A stretch of DNA of 64,000 nt from an uncultured Clostridia bacterium (lineage in GTDB: Bacteria; Bacillota; Clostridia; Christensenellales; UBA1242): positions 20,062-84,061 of the forward strand of contig CALWTK010000001.1 in NCBI GenBank assembly GCA_944384465.1, written 5' to 3'. Both the position numbers and the translations under genes were made by a program. Shown here piece after piece: positions 50,874-61,161 of this stretch; position 1 is the first letter of the stretch; every line of letters starts with the position of its first letter. The notes below the pieces were generated by a model, which searched no databases, was not told the origin of the DNA, and saw only the letters and a program-made list of their open reading frames with translations.

Positions 50874-51416
50874 CTATTTTAAAATATATTCTTCTTTTAT
50901 GTTCCCTTCATACACTTTACTATGTTTCGACTTTGTTATCAATCTACCACTCATGCAGTGTCTAGCACATTTTTCTCCAATTGGGCTGACGCAATCCATT
51001 ATTATGCTATCAATGTTCACTTTCAATCTTTTCAATTTTTTTATAAAGCCCTTCCACAAAATTATCAGCACTGCTCCTTGGTGATATTCCGGATGAATAA
51101 CTATTGATGTAAATAGACATTTTTGTTTAGTGTCTGGATCAAAATCCAATATATCATTTGTCTCAATATCGTAATCTTTCTTTTGCCCATTTTTTATTAA
51201 CTTATAGCATTCGTCAGTCACTGGCATAAAATTGATATATCCTATCACTTGATTGTCGCATAATACGATTGTATAAATATTAGAATTAATCTTTAGCCAC
51301 TCTTTACATTTTTGATATTCGCCTACATCTTGCCCCTTGTACACCAACTTGTCCAATTCAATCATACTCATAAGCAATTTATTTGTAACTCTATTCACTA
51401 TTTTAAATTGTTTCAT
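50874..51416 (-). CDS. GNAT-fold protein
   Basis: VIGYINFMP, LFTSIVIHPEYHQG, DCVSPIG. Confidence 0.7.
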   Translation of the reverse strand: MKQFKIVNRVTNKLLMSMIELDKLVYKGQDVGEYQKCKEWLKINSNIYTIVLCDNQVIGYINFMPVTDECYKLIKNGQKKDYDIETNDILDFDPDTKQKCLFTSIVIHPEYHQGAVLIILWKGFIKKLKRLKVNIDSIIMDCVSPIGEKCARHCMSGRLITKSKHSKVYEGNIKEEYILK

Positions 51417-51520
51417 AATTTTATTATACCACAACTAAATTTTTAAGTAAATATTTATATAAAAATTTCTAAAATTAAATTCATGATCACGAAATAAGCA
51501 ATGTAATATTTCATAATAAA

Positions 51521-52702
51521 CTATGCATTTAGCCTAGGCATTTTTATATCAATAGACTCCAAGTTTTTAAATTCCGTCTCAAAAATTTGTTTTAGTTCTT
51601 TAAAATCTTCTTCGTTAATTTTACATTTTTCCAAAACAAAATTTACATAATCATTGCATCGACAAATGTTCTGTATTTCATTGTTTAGAGATTTGATCCT
51701 AAAATCATTTAAATTAGCCTTCACATCTTCTCTTTCTAGCGCCTTTTCTATAAAGTTTAAAAACTTTTTGATTCCATTTACCAGTGCGTGGACACATTCT
51801 TTCAAATCAATCCCTTCTTTTTTGTTGTCATTAAAATAATGTATGATTTCATATAATGGTATAGATATATCTACTATATCCACATTTAAACAATCTTTAT
51901 CAAATCCAGCATTCTTAGTATCTCCCGTGAAATACGCAACAGAAAAAGCATTGTTATACAAACTATTGAGAGCAAATATGATATTTACGAACGGCCCATA
52001 AGACCAAGGGATATTATAAGGCTTGATTTCCCCTGTGGACAAATGCAGATATTGCAAGTCCTGAAATTCTTTATCGAGCAAGACATTGTGTGCAATAAAT
52101 TCTGTCATCGCTTCATATAGCCAATCTTTGCTTATGTTCAAACCTTGTATTACCTTTTTCCCATGGACCTCATTTCTATTTGTGATCAGTCCGCCATACG
52201 CTTTGTAATATATGTAATCTTCCTTTGCAACATCTTCTTTCGTCAGTGCGACATAATCTTTCTTTCCTTCATCATATTTTAGAAATTCTAGATAACTCAT
52301 AGCATGCGTCAATTCATGCAAAAACACGACAATATTTCTAGCGGCTTCTCGCTTGTAGTTATCCACCTCATTCCCTGTCAAATTGCTAGGAATCTCATTT
52401 TTTAAAAAGGCAGTATCTATATTTGGTAAAAGTTTCAGTTCATAATATAATGTAAATTTCTTTACATCTAAATCATCAATCAACATACCAGCATGACCCA
52501 GTTCTCCTATTCCAATCGGTTCGACTGAAAAATCTTTTATGAGTAGTAAATTGTCTATACACCCTTTATCTACAGGGAAACGTCTACACAAGACTTTTAT
52601 ATATTTTTGTACAATTTCATCCAAAAAACCAGAAACATTTTTGATTTTGTCTCTCAATGCACTATTGTTATACTTTTCTAAAAACAATTCTACTTTTTTC
52701 AT
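51521..52702 (-). CDS. Hypothetical zinc metalloprotease (gluzincin-like)
   Basis: FLHELTHA (HExxH) and downstream LYEAMTE. Confidence 0.6.
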   Translation of the reverse strand: MKKVELFLEKYNNSALRDKIKNVSGFLDEIVQKYIKVLCRRFPVDKGCIDNLLLIKDFSVEPIGIGELGHAGMLIDDLDVKKFTLYYELKLLPNIDTAFLKNEIPSNLTGNEVDNYKREAARNIVVFLHELTHAMSYLEFLKYDEGKKDYVALTKEDVAKEDYIYYKAYGGLITNRNEVHGKKVIQGLNISKDWLYEAMTEFIAHNVLLDKEFQDLQYLHLSTGEIKPYNIPWSYGPFVNIIFALNSLYNNAFSVAYFTGDTKNAGFDKDCLNVDIVDISIPLYEIIHYFNDNKKEGIDLKECVHALVNGIKKFLNFIEKALEREDVKANLNDFRIKSLNNEIQNICRCNDYVNFVLEKCKINEEDFKELKQIFETEFKNLESIDIKMPRLNA

Positions 52703-52751
52703 ATGTTCCTCTATCTTAATCTGTTGAGATTCTCCTTTTTGTCAGCAATAT

Positions 52752-54752
52752 TTAATCAGTCAGATAAAATGTACAACTAGACAATTTCTTTCTCTTCAAT
52801 CTCAAAACTTTACCATTCTGCATTTTGTAGTAGTAACCATCTTTGTATAGGCAATTTTTGCAATTTGCCTTCAAATATTCTTTCATAGGGCAAAATCTAA
52901 GCGTCATATACGGCATATACCCGTCACCCTTTTCAGCTGTAATAAATGGTAGATTAAAATAATCCGCCGAATATTCATTGTAGATATTCAGTCCGCCACC
53001 TGCAATAATCTTCGTATCAAAATCTAGGGCGTAAAGATTGTTTGCCACAACGCCTATTTTTGTTTTATCCACTATATCTCTAAGATATGCTATATCTTGC
53101 CTCAACGCAAAATTTGGCAAATCTAAATATGCAATTTTGTTTAGTCTTTCACATTTTGACTTAAAGGCGCTAATCTTTTCCCCCTCATAAACTTCTGGAG
53201 AGTATATTTGAATTTTGTGTTCGTCAACCTCCCCATCCAGACTTATATGATAGTCTTTGATTTCGGGTTGTAAAGAGACAGGTCTATCTAATTCCACATG
53301 CTCAATTTTTTTATGAATATAAGTCAATTTTTCTAGCAAAGTTTGATAACATTTTCTTCTAAATTCGTTCAATTTAGAAATGGGCATAAATATTTTATCT
53401 GTATTCAATTTCAAATTTGGTTTAAAATAATTATTTTTTTCGAAACTTTTTTGAAAATCTTCTATCTTTAGCGGATTATTTTTCGCTTTTTCGCAAACAT
53501 CACCCTCGACTGACATATCAATATCAAGGTACTTAATCTTTGTGACAATAGGTTGACCGCTATACGCATCTATAATAATATCAATATCTTTTTTAAGATT
53601 AATACTCTCTAATTTTTGTTCCTTTTCATTGTCTAACAAGAGGTTGACCATATCTCCCGATTTAAAACTATTGCTTGTGGTTGTCAATCTATAGACCTGC
53701 TCGTCCACTCTTTTCACATCATACGGGGAAACTGAACCAATTTCATCCCCGTCTCGAAAAATTTTGAGCACTGATTTTGACTTCAAATCATAATCAGTTT
53801 TGATATAGACCTCATTAAATTTCTTCCCTACTATGATTTTTTGAATTTTTCCAATTTTTAAGCCCTGATGCCCGGATTTAAACGAGATAATATTTTCGTT
53901 CCCATCAAAATATCCAGGAGTAAACCCACGATTGAAAGCCAACTTCAAATCGTCCAGTTTATGTTCCACACCATTTATTTTATCTCTATAATATTTCGTA
54001 GCGGTAGCGACATAGAATGGTCGTCTTGCCCGCCCTTCAATTTTGATAGCATCCACTCCCGCTTCTATTAAATCATTTAGCCTCGGCAACATACAAAAAT
54101 CTTTTGCACTTAATAGATAGCCTTGTTTTAACAATTTGTCATTGTCGTAAAAAGAATACGGCAATCTACATAGTTGCTTACATTTCCCACGATTGCCACT
54201 AGCATTATTTAGATACGAACTCAAATAGCAATTCCCAGAAAAACTGATACATAATGCTCCTTGCACAAAATACTCTATTTCAATATCAGAATTGTCACGA
54301 ATTCTTTTTATTTCATCTAGCGGAGTTTCTCTTGCAAGCACCACACGCTTGACACCCAACTTTTCCAACTCACGCACGCCCTCCAAATTGTGTATCCCCA
54401 TCTGTGTGCTAGCATGAATCTCTATCATAGGAAAATATTTTGAAATAAGGGAAATCAAACCTATATCCTGCACAATGAACGCATCCACTCCGATGTTGTA
54501 GGCGTCCACCACTAAATTAAGCGCATCTTGAAATTCAGAATTGTCAAATAATATATTTACAGTTAAATGAACCTTCACATTATACGCGTGAGCGAATTCC
54601 ACCGCCTGCCTTAAAGAGGACATATCAAAGCCTTCAATATTGTTCCTAGCGTTGAAATCTTTGATGCCGAGATAAACTTCGTCCGCACCATTATAAACCG
54701 CCTGCTTCAAACTCATCATATCTCCCGCAGGAGACAACAATCTCACTTTCAT
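52752..54752 (-). CDS. U32 family protein, long RlhA-like form (RNA hydroxylation family)
   Basis: LLSPAG, GADEVYLG..FNAR, HASTQ, GALCISFSGNCYLS..SGNRGKCKQLCR, KIEGR, extended C-terminus. Confidence 0.88.
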   Translation of the reverse strand: MKVRLLSPAGDMMSLKQAVYNGADEVYLGIKDFNARNNIEGFDMSSLRQAVEFAHAYNVKVHLTVNILFDNSEFQDALNLVVDAYNIGVDAFIVQDIGLISLISKYFPMIEIHASTQMGIHNLEGVRELEKLGVKRVVLARETPLDEIKRIRDNSDIEIEYFVQGALCISFSGNCYLSSYLNNASGNRGKCKQLCRLPYSFYDNDKLLKQGYLLSAKDFCMLPRLNDLIEAGVDAIKIEGRARRPFYVATATKYYRDKINGVEHKLDDLKLAFNRGFTPGYFDGNENIISFKSGHQGLKIGKIQKIIVGKKFNEVYIKTDYDLKSKSVLKIFRDGDEIGSVSPYDVKRVDEQVYRLTTTSNSFKSGDMVNLLLDNEKEQKLESINLKKDIDIIIDAYSGQPIVTKIKYLDIDMSVEGDVCEKAKNNPLKIEDFQKSFEKNNYFKPNLKLNTDKIFMPISKLNEFRRKCYQTLLEKLTYIHKKIEHVELDRPVSLQPEIKDYHISLDGEVDEHKIQIYSPEVYEGEKISAFKSKCERLNKIAYLDLPNFALRQDIAYLRDIVDKTKIGVVANNLYALDFDTKIIAGGGLNIYNEYSADYFNLPFITAEKGDGYMPYMTLRFCPMKEYLKANCKNCLYKDGYYYKMQNGKVLRLKRKKLSSCTFYLTD

Positions 54753-54888
54753 CACTCATACTTTATCATAAAAACCAAATTTATACAACAGTATTCCATC
54801 ATCAATATTTCTAAAAAAAATAAGAAATTTTAAAATTGATGCTTGATTTTTTCATTTCCGTGCTATAATTAATGGCAAGGAGAAAAAA

Positions 54889-56190
54889 ATGAGTGAATTT
54901 AAAACTATTCCCATCACATTAGTTACGGGATATTTAGGTAGTGGTAAAACCACTTTGTTAAATCATATTTTGTCTAATACAAAAGGATATAAAGTAGCAG
55001 TCATAGTGAACGACATAGGTGAAGTAAATATCGACGCTGACCTGATTGAAAAAGGTGGAGTCGTAAATAAAAAAGAAGAAAACCTAGTCGCTCTTCAAAA
55101 CGGATGCATATGTTGTACTCTTAGAAAAGATTTGATTGAGCAACTTCACGATATCATCAAACAAAAAAAATTTGACCACATAATCATAGAAGCCAGCGGT
55201 ATATGCGAACCTATCCCTATAGCACAGACAATCAATTTCTTGACCGAAAGTTTCAAGGCAAAAAAGATGCCTATATACTGCAAACTTGACACCATTATTA
55301 GCGTGGTCGACGCTCTTAGAATGGTGCAAGAATTTGGCTGTGGAGATGAGCTTATAAAATCAAATATTGACGAAGAAGATATTGAAAATCTTGTCATTCA
55401 ACAGATTGAGTTTTGTGATATTTTGATTTTAAACAAAGTTAGCGAAGTATCAAAAGACGAATTGGAGCGTGTAAAACGTATCATCAAAAACCTTCAACCA
55501 AAAGCAAAATTGATTGAAGCGGACTACTCTAATGTCGACATAAAAGAGATTCTGGACACCAACTTGTTTGATATGGAAAATGTGCTGACATCAGCTGGCT
55601 GGTTCCAAGAGATAGAAAAAGACATTGAAGAAGATGACGACGAAAAAGATCATCACGACCATGATGATGAGCATGAACATCACCACGATGATGATGAAGA
55701 TGACGACGATGACGAGCACGACCATCACAAACATCATGATCACGACGACGATGATGAAGATGAGGATGAAGAACATCACGGCCACGAGCACAAACACCAC
55801 CATCATCACCATGAAGGTGGAGAGACAGAAGAGTATGGAATAGGCACATTTGTATACTTCCGTAGAAAACCTTTCGACAGATTAAAATTTGAAGATTGGA
55901 CGCAAAAAGATTATGGCAAACAGATAATTAGGACAAAAGGACTAGTATACTTTAGCGACAACAACCGCATGTCATACATTTACGAGCAGGCGGGTAAACA
56001 AAAAGTGCTCACAGAGAATGGTCCATGGTACGCGACCCTTCCAAGATATCAAATTGAGCAATTGCTTCTAAATGATGAAAAATTTAGAAAAGATTGGGAC
56101 AGCGTATACGGCGACCGCATGATCAAATTGGTATTCATTGGTCAACATATTGACAAGAAAAAGATCAGTGAAGAATTGGATAAAGTTTAA
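54889..56190 (+). CDS. COG0523/CobW-family G3E GTPase metallochaperone
   Basis: TGYLGSGKTT, NDIGEVNIDA, NGCICC, EASG, His/Asp-rich insert, CobW_C (RTKG..DRMIKLVFIG). Confidence 0.93.
   Translation: MSEFKTIPITLVTGYLGSGKTTLLNHILSNTKGYKVAVIVNDIGEVNIDADLIEKGGVVNKKEENLVALQNGCICCTLRKDLIEQLHDIIKQKKFDHIIIEASGICEPIPIAQTINFLTESFKAKKMPIYCKLDTIISVVDALRMVQEFGCGDELIKSNIDEEDIENLVIQQIEFCDILILNKVSEVSKDELERVKRIIKNLQPKAKLIEADYSNVDIKEILDTNLFDMENVLTSAGWFQEIEKDIEEDDDEKDHHDHDDEHEHHHDDDEDDDDDEHDHHKHHDHDDDDEDEDEEHHGHEHKHHHHHHEGGETEEYGIGTFVYFRRKPFDRLKFEDWTQKDYGKQIIRTKGLVYFSDNNRMSYIYEQAGKQKVLTENGPWYATLPRYQIEQLLLNDEKFRKDWDSVYGDRMIKLVFIGQHIDKKKISEELDKV
55627..55813 (+). repeat. GAY/CAY low-complexity tract encoding His/Asp/Glu insert
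   Basis: EEDDDEKDHHDHDDEHEHHH...HHHHHH in frame within the COG0523 gene. Confidence 0.85.
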
Positions 56191-56235
56191 CGCTTTTAAT
56201 GACAATTGATTTTAAAATTTAATCAAAACAACAAA

Positions 56236-56272
56236 AAAAATAATTCTATCCGCAAAATAGAATTATTTTTTT
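56236..56272. terminator. Bidirectional terminator
   Basis: AAAAATAATTCTAT-ccgcaaa-ATAGAATTATTTTT. Confidence 0.7.
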
Positions 56273-56327
56273 CAAATTTTATCAAAATATTTTAATTTTT
56301 TGATATTTTTTTATTTTTTTAAATTTA

Positions 56328-57068
56328 TTAATCAATATCTGGAATCAACACTCTAGGATAACTCTCTTCTTCATCAAGCGAAGGCGCGTTCTCTACATCA
56401 ATAATAGTATCTAATCTAGAAAACTCTTTCGGTTTTTCCTTTGCGAATTGATCTAGCAATCTTTCAATACCAGTTTTGTGATTTGCGTTCTTTACCTTTG
56501 TGTCATTTCGCAAAATTTTGTATTCTCTCAACTTCTTTCTGTCATTGCCGTCAAGGTCATATTTAGGCATCTCAAATTCTTCAGTAAGTCTAGCTTCAAC
56601 TTCTTTTTTAAATTCCAAATCCGCTAATATCTTTTTGTTTTCTTCTTGGAAGCCAAACTCTTCAACGAACCAATAGATGCTTTCAATAGTATAAACATTT
56701 TTGTTTAGATAGATTGCTTTCAAAAATTGCAATCTAAATTTTTTATCTCTTTTCAAATTGTTGTTCACATAATTGTAGAAATAATTTTTACACTCTTTAG
56801 GATCTGGTGAAATGGACGCACACGTCAATATAAATTCTCTATCGTTCATCAATCTACTAAAATTTTGAAATGATGAGTGATTAAAATAACTTATAATTAA
56901 ATACCCAAATTCTCTACATTCGCGACCACAAGGCTTGATAGCCCTGCCCGCTCTGACATTTCTTTCAACTCTTTCCGCACCGCCATTCAATATAAAGGAT
57001 TCATACCTTTCTTTTTCTTCTTCTTGTGAAGACAATCTCTCTTCAGTCATCTTTTCTATTAAACTCAT
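56328..57068 (-). CDS. Hypothetical charged protein
   Basis: Open frame, own promoter TTGACA-17-TATGAT and AAGGTGG RBS before ATG 57068. Confidence 0.65.
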   Translation of the reverse strand: MSLIEKMTEERLSSQEEEKERYESFILNGGAERVERNVRAGRAIKPCGRECREFGYLIISYFNHSSFQNFSRLMNDREFILTCASISPDPKECKNYFYNYVNNNLKRDKKFRLQFLKAIYLNKNVYTIESIYWFVEEFGFQEENKKILADLEFKKEVEARLTEEFEMPKYDLDGNDRKKLREYKILRNDTKVKNANHKTGIERLLDQFAKEKPKEFSRLDTIIDVENAPSLDEEESYPRVLIPDID

Positions 57069-57217
57069 ATACCCACCTTTTAATGTTTTCATCATAGCAC
57101 CATAACCTCACCTTGTCAATACCAAATTTAGAAAAAAATTTGACAAAATTAGGAATTTAGTTAATCTCAAGGCGAAAAGATATTGTAAAATCTGAAAGTT
57201 GTGATATAATAAAAATT

Positions 57218-57748
57218 ATGAAAATAATCGTAGGTCTAGGAAATCCTGAAGGTAAATACAACAATACTTATCACAATGTGGGGTTTAGCGTTGTGGATCT
57301 TTTTGCTAAACAAAACAATTTAAAATTCTCCACACAAAAATGTAGAGCATTGATAGCAAAAGGCGAAGGATATATACTAGCAAAGCCACAGACATATATG
57401 AACTTAAGCGGAGATAGCGTATATGAACTAAAAAAATATTTCAAAGTACCGCTGTCTGACATCTTGATTGTTCTGGACGATATAGACATGCCAAAAGGGA
57501 AAATTAGATTCAGGCAGTTCGGTTCTGCGGGCACACACAATGGACTACGTGACATTGTCAACAAAGTCGGCATCACGCCACGTTTGCGAATAGGCATAGG
57601 CAGGGATCAAAATATGAATTTGGCGGATTATGTATTGTCAAACATTGATGAACAGTCTAAACTGATTTTGAACGACTCATATATGTCTGCATGCGATTTA
57701 ATCAAAAAATTTATCAATGGTGAACTATGTCAGGATACAACGATCTAG
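57218..57748 (+). CDS. pth: Peptidyl-tRNA hydrolase
   Basis: IVGLGNP, HNVGF, KPQTYMNLSG, GSAGTHNGL, RLRIGIG. Confidence 0.96.
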   Translation: MKIIVGLGNPEGKYNNTYHNVGFSVVDLFAKQNNLKFSTQKCRALIAKGEGYILAKPQTYMNLSGDSVYELKKYFKVPLSDILIVLDDIDMPKGKIRFRQFGSAGTHNGLRDIVNKVGITPRLRIGIGRDQNMNLADYVLSNIDEQSKLILNDSYMSACDLIKKFINGELCQDTTI

Positions 57749-60700
57749 TCGAAAATTTAAATAAATCAACAATTTTATGTAGCAATTTAGGATTCGGTGA
57801 ACAGGGCGCTATTTTATCAAAAATGCAGTCTGCACTTTTTGTATGTCCTGACCTAAACAGTGCGCACAACATGAAAAATCAACTAGACGCACTGAACAAA
57901 GAAAATGTCTTGATAGATGATTTTGATAAACCTTTCACTCTGTCAAAATATTCTAGTCAAGACAACAAATACGATATCATAAAATCACTGTATTATATCA
58001 TCACCTCCACTCCTATAATTATCACCACTCCTAGAATTTTCTTTAGTTTTATGCCAGAGCTAAAGACCTTTTCATCCAAGATTATCAGTTTAAACAAAAA
58101 TGATGAATACGACATTCAAGCACTAGAAAAGCAGTTGGTAAAAATTGGATATGAAAAAGTGGAAACTGTCACCAATAAAGGCGAATTTTCGCGCCGTGGG
58201 GATATCATTGATGTATTCAATATCATAGACGACAATCCGACGCGACTAGATTTTTTTGATGTAAACATCGAAAACATATACGAATTTGATTACCTCACTT
58301 ACGAAAAGACAAAAGCAATAAACGAGATAAATATATTACCAACCAAACTTTTATTTTTTGAAAATGAAGAAAAAAATCAAATTTTAAATAAAATTAATCA
58401 ATTTAAAATAAAAAATAATTTATTTTATGATATTTATTCATCAATTGAACATGAAAATGAAATTCCTCTAGACTTTTTATATCCTTTTTCATCTAAAATA
58501 GTTACTATATTTGATTTTAATATTCCAATAATTATTTCTGGATATTTGCAGGTAGAAAATTCAATAAAAAAATATTATGATGACCATCTTGATAAAATAA
58601 ACGATATTTTTAAGGATGAAGATATTATTAAATTTTATAAAAATTCTGAAAAAATTCTAAATATTGATGAAATTTATTCAAAATATAATAAAAAATTGAT
58701 ATTTTTTGATAATTTTGATTTAAATACCACGGATTTAAAAAATTCTTTTGCCAAAGACTCATTGATTAATATAGACTTTAGAACTAAAACTTTCCCATCC
58801 TTTTTAAAAAATTTGCTGGCAATAAAAACTGAATTCAAGGACTACTCTAAAAAACAAATATATCTTTGCTTGTCCAGTGTAGAGACACAAAACGCTATAC
58901 AGAAAATTTTTAGTGAAAACAACATCGGGTACAGCTTCAATAAAAATCATACCGGTATAATATTGACCACACTATCCATCCCTTATAATATTTGCTTTGA
59001 AGAGGAAGATAAATTTTATATAGGTTCTACCAACTTTGCTCACAAAAAAGAATTCACAAAAGAAGCTACCAAAACAATCAAATATCTGCCAAAGGCGGGT
59101 GAATATGTCATACATTCCACTCACGGCCTAGGAAAATGTGAAGGGACGACTACTCTCAACGTAGGCGGAGTAGATAAAGAATTTTTTAAAATAATTTATA
59201 GAGGCGGGGACGTCCTTTACGTCCCATACGAAAATGCGGACTGTCTCTCTCTTTATATGGCTGAAGGGAATGATGTCAACCTCAACAAATTGGGCGGAAA
59301 AGAGTTTTATCAACAAAAGTTAAAGGCAATCAAATCAATTGAAGACATGAGCAAGGAACTATTGGAACTCTACGCAAAACGAAAGGCAACAAAAGGCTTC
59401 AAATATAGTGAAGACGACTACTTATACACCGAATTTGAAAATGCTTTTGAATACACCGAGACTGCTGACCAACTGCAAGCTATAGAAGATGTGAAAGAAG
59501 ACATGATTTCAGGTAAAGTCATGGATAGACTCATATGCGGGGATGTCGGATTTGGGAAAACTGAAGTGGCGATGCGCGCCATGTTCAAAGCGGTGGAAAA
59601 TGGAAAACAAGTGGCGATCCTTGCTCCTACCACAATTTTGAGTCTGCAACACTTCATGACTGCGCAAAAAAGGACAAAAGATTTTGGCATAAATATAGAG
59701 ATGCTGAACCGCTTCCGCTCGGCAAAAGAACAAAAAACAATCCTATCCGACCTTGAATCGGGAAAAATCAATGTGATATGTGGCACTCACAGGTTGCTAT
59801 CTAAAGATGTGAAATTCCACGACCTGGGGCTGCTGATACTAGATGAAGAACAACGCTTTGGCGTCAAGGCAAAAGAACAAATCAAAAAAATCAAGACTAA
59901 TGTGGACGTGCTTACCCTATCTGCCACTCCTATCCCACGCACATTGAGTATGACACTGATGAATATACGTGATATCAGCATTATAAACACACCACCGGTC
60001 GATAGACTTCCTATCAAGACATATGTCATGGGCTATAATGAAGAGATCATATTGAATGTCATCAATGATGAACTAAAACGAGACGGTCAGGTGTTGATTG
60101 TCTACAATAATATTGATAAATTAGCTGCGCTATCCAACAATCTAGAGAAAAAACTGAATAATCCAAATGCCCATTTTGATGTCGCGCACGGACAGATGAG
60201 TGAGATCGCCCTGGAAAACGCAATAAAACGCCTGTATGATAAAGAAACTAACGTCTTCATATCTACCACATTGATAGAAAATGGTATAGATCTACCAAAA
60301 GCGAACACTCTGATTGTCATAGACAGCGACCGACTTGGTTTGAGTCAAATGTATCAACTGCGCGGGCGTGTGGGGAGAAACAACGAGCAAGCGTTCGCCT
60401 ATTTTACATACCCAAAAGACAAACCACTCACAGAAGAAGCTTCCAACCGATTGCAAGCGATTGCAGAGAACACGGACCTTGGCAGTGGATTCAAAATTGC
60501 CATGCGAGATCTACAGATACGTGGTGCGGGCGAGCTATTAGGAAAAGTCCAGCACGGACATATGGTGAAAATTGGCTACGACATGTACACAAAATTGTTG
60601 AACGACACCCTGAAACGATTGAAAGGTGAAAAAGTAGACACAACTAGAGAGATAAAGATAGATATAGCAATCACATCAAAAATCCCTTATTCGTTCATAG

Positions 60701-61071
60701 AAGATGAAGCGGAACGATTAAAAATCATTGCAAAACTTTCAAATATCACAAACAAAGACAACGCAAAGAAGATAATAAACGAACTCTTGATCGAATATGG
60801 TAAGTTGCCAAAAGAGATCTATACTCTAACCAATATCACCCTAATGAAAGCTTTGGCACAAAAACAAAAGGTAAAACAAATCAAAATCAACAAAAATCAA
60901 ATGTCAATAATTTATTATGACGACATCTCAATAAGTGAATTGATAGATAAGGTCAATAAGTTTAAGAAATTCAAATTTGAAAACGGCTCCTCACCTACCA
61001 TTTCGCTTTCCCCCAACGAGTTTAGCGTACAGACTGCGATGACATATTGCCTCGAATTTTTTAATAGTTAA
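57727..61071 (+). CDS. mfd: Transcription-repair coupling factor
   Basis: [13 protein letters not shown], CarD-like [38 protein letters not shown] motif. Confidence 0.96.
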   Translation: MSGYNDLVENLNKSTILCSNLGFGEQGAILSKMQSALFVCPDLNSAHNMKNQLDALNKENVLIDDFDKPFTLSKYSSQDNKYDIIKSLYYIITSTPIIITTPRIFFSFMPELKTFSSKIISLNKNDEYDIQALEKQLVKIGYEKVETVTNKGEFSRRGDIIDVFNIIDDNPTRLDFFDVNIENIYEFDYLTYEKTKAINEINILPTKLLFFENEEKNQILNKINQFKIKNNLFYDIYSSIEHENEIPLDFLYPFSSKIVTIFDFNIPIIISGYLQVENSIKKYYDDHLDKINDIFKDEDIIKFYKNSEKILNIDEIYSKYNKKLIFFDNFDLNTTDLKNSFAKDSLINIDFRTKTFPSFLKNLLAIKTEFKDYSKKQIYLCLSSVETQNAIQKIFSENNIGYSFNKNHTGIILTTLSIPYNICFEEEDKFYIGSTNFAHKKEFTKEATKTIKYLPKAGEYVIHSTHGLGKCEGTTTLNVGGVDKEFFKIIYRGGDVLYVPYENADCLSLYMAEGNDVNLNKLGGKEFYQQKLKAIKSIEDMSKELLELYAKRKATKGFKYSEDDYLYTEFENAFEYTETADQLQAIEDVKEDMISGKVMDRLICGDVGFGKTEVAMRAMFKAVENGKQVAILAPTTILSLQHFMTAQKRTKDFGINIEMLNRFRSAKEQKTILSDLESGKINVICGTHRLLSKDVKFHDLGLLILDEEQRFGVKAKEQIKKIKTNVDVLTLSATPIPRTLSMTLMNIRDISIINTPPVDRLPIKTYVMGYNEEIILNVINDELKRDGQVLIVYNNIDKLAALSNNLEKKLNNPNAHFDVAHGQMSEIALENAIKRLYDKETNVFISTTLIENGIDLPKANTLIVIDSDRLGLSQMYQLRGRVGRNNEQAFAYFTYPKDKPLTEEASNRLQAIAENTDLGSGFKIAMRDLQIRGAGELLGKVQHGHMVKIGYDMYTKLLNDTLKRLKGEKVDTTREIKIDIAITSKIPYSFIEDEAERLKIIAKLSNITNKDNAKKIINELLIEYGKLPKEIYTLTNITLMKALAQKQKVKQIKINKNQMSIIYYDDISISELIDKVNKFKKFKFENGSSPTISLSPNEFSVQTAMTYCLEFFNS

Positions 61072-61161
61072 AGAAATATGTAAACGCTAAAAAATTTCTT
61101 GCTTTTTATTATAATTTATATTATAATAGTCAATGATTATTTATATACTTTGGAGTTAAAT

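Noticed and set aside
55529-55849. ORFs 55529..55849, 55591..55812 and 55625..55843
   Set aside because: Shadow frames of the His/Asp repeat in the COG0523 gene.
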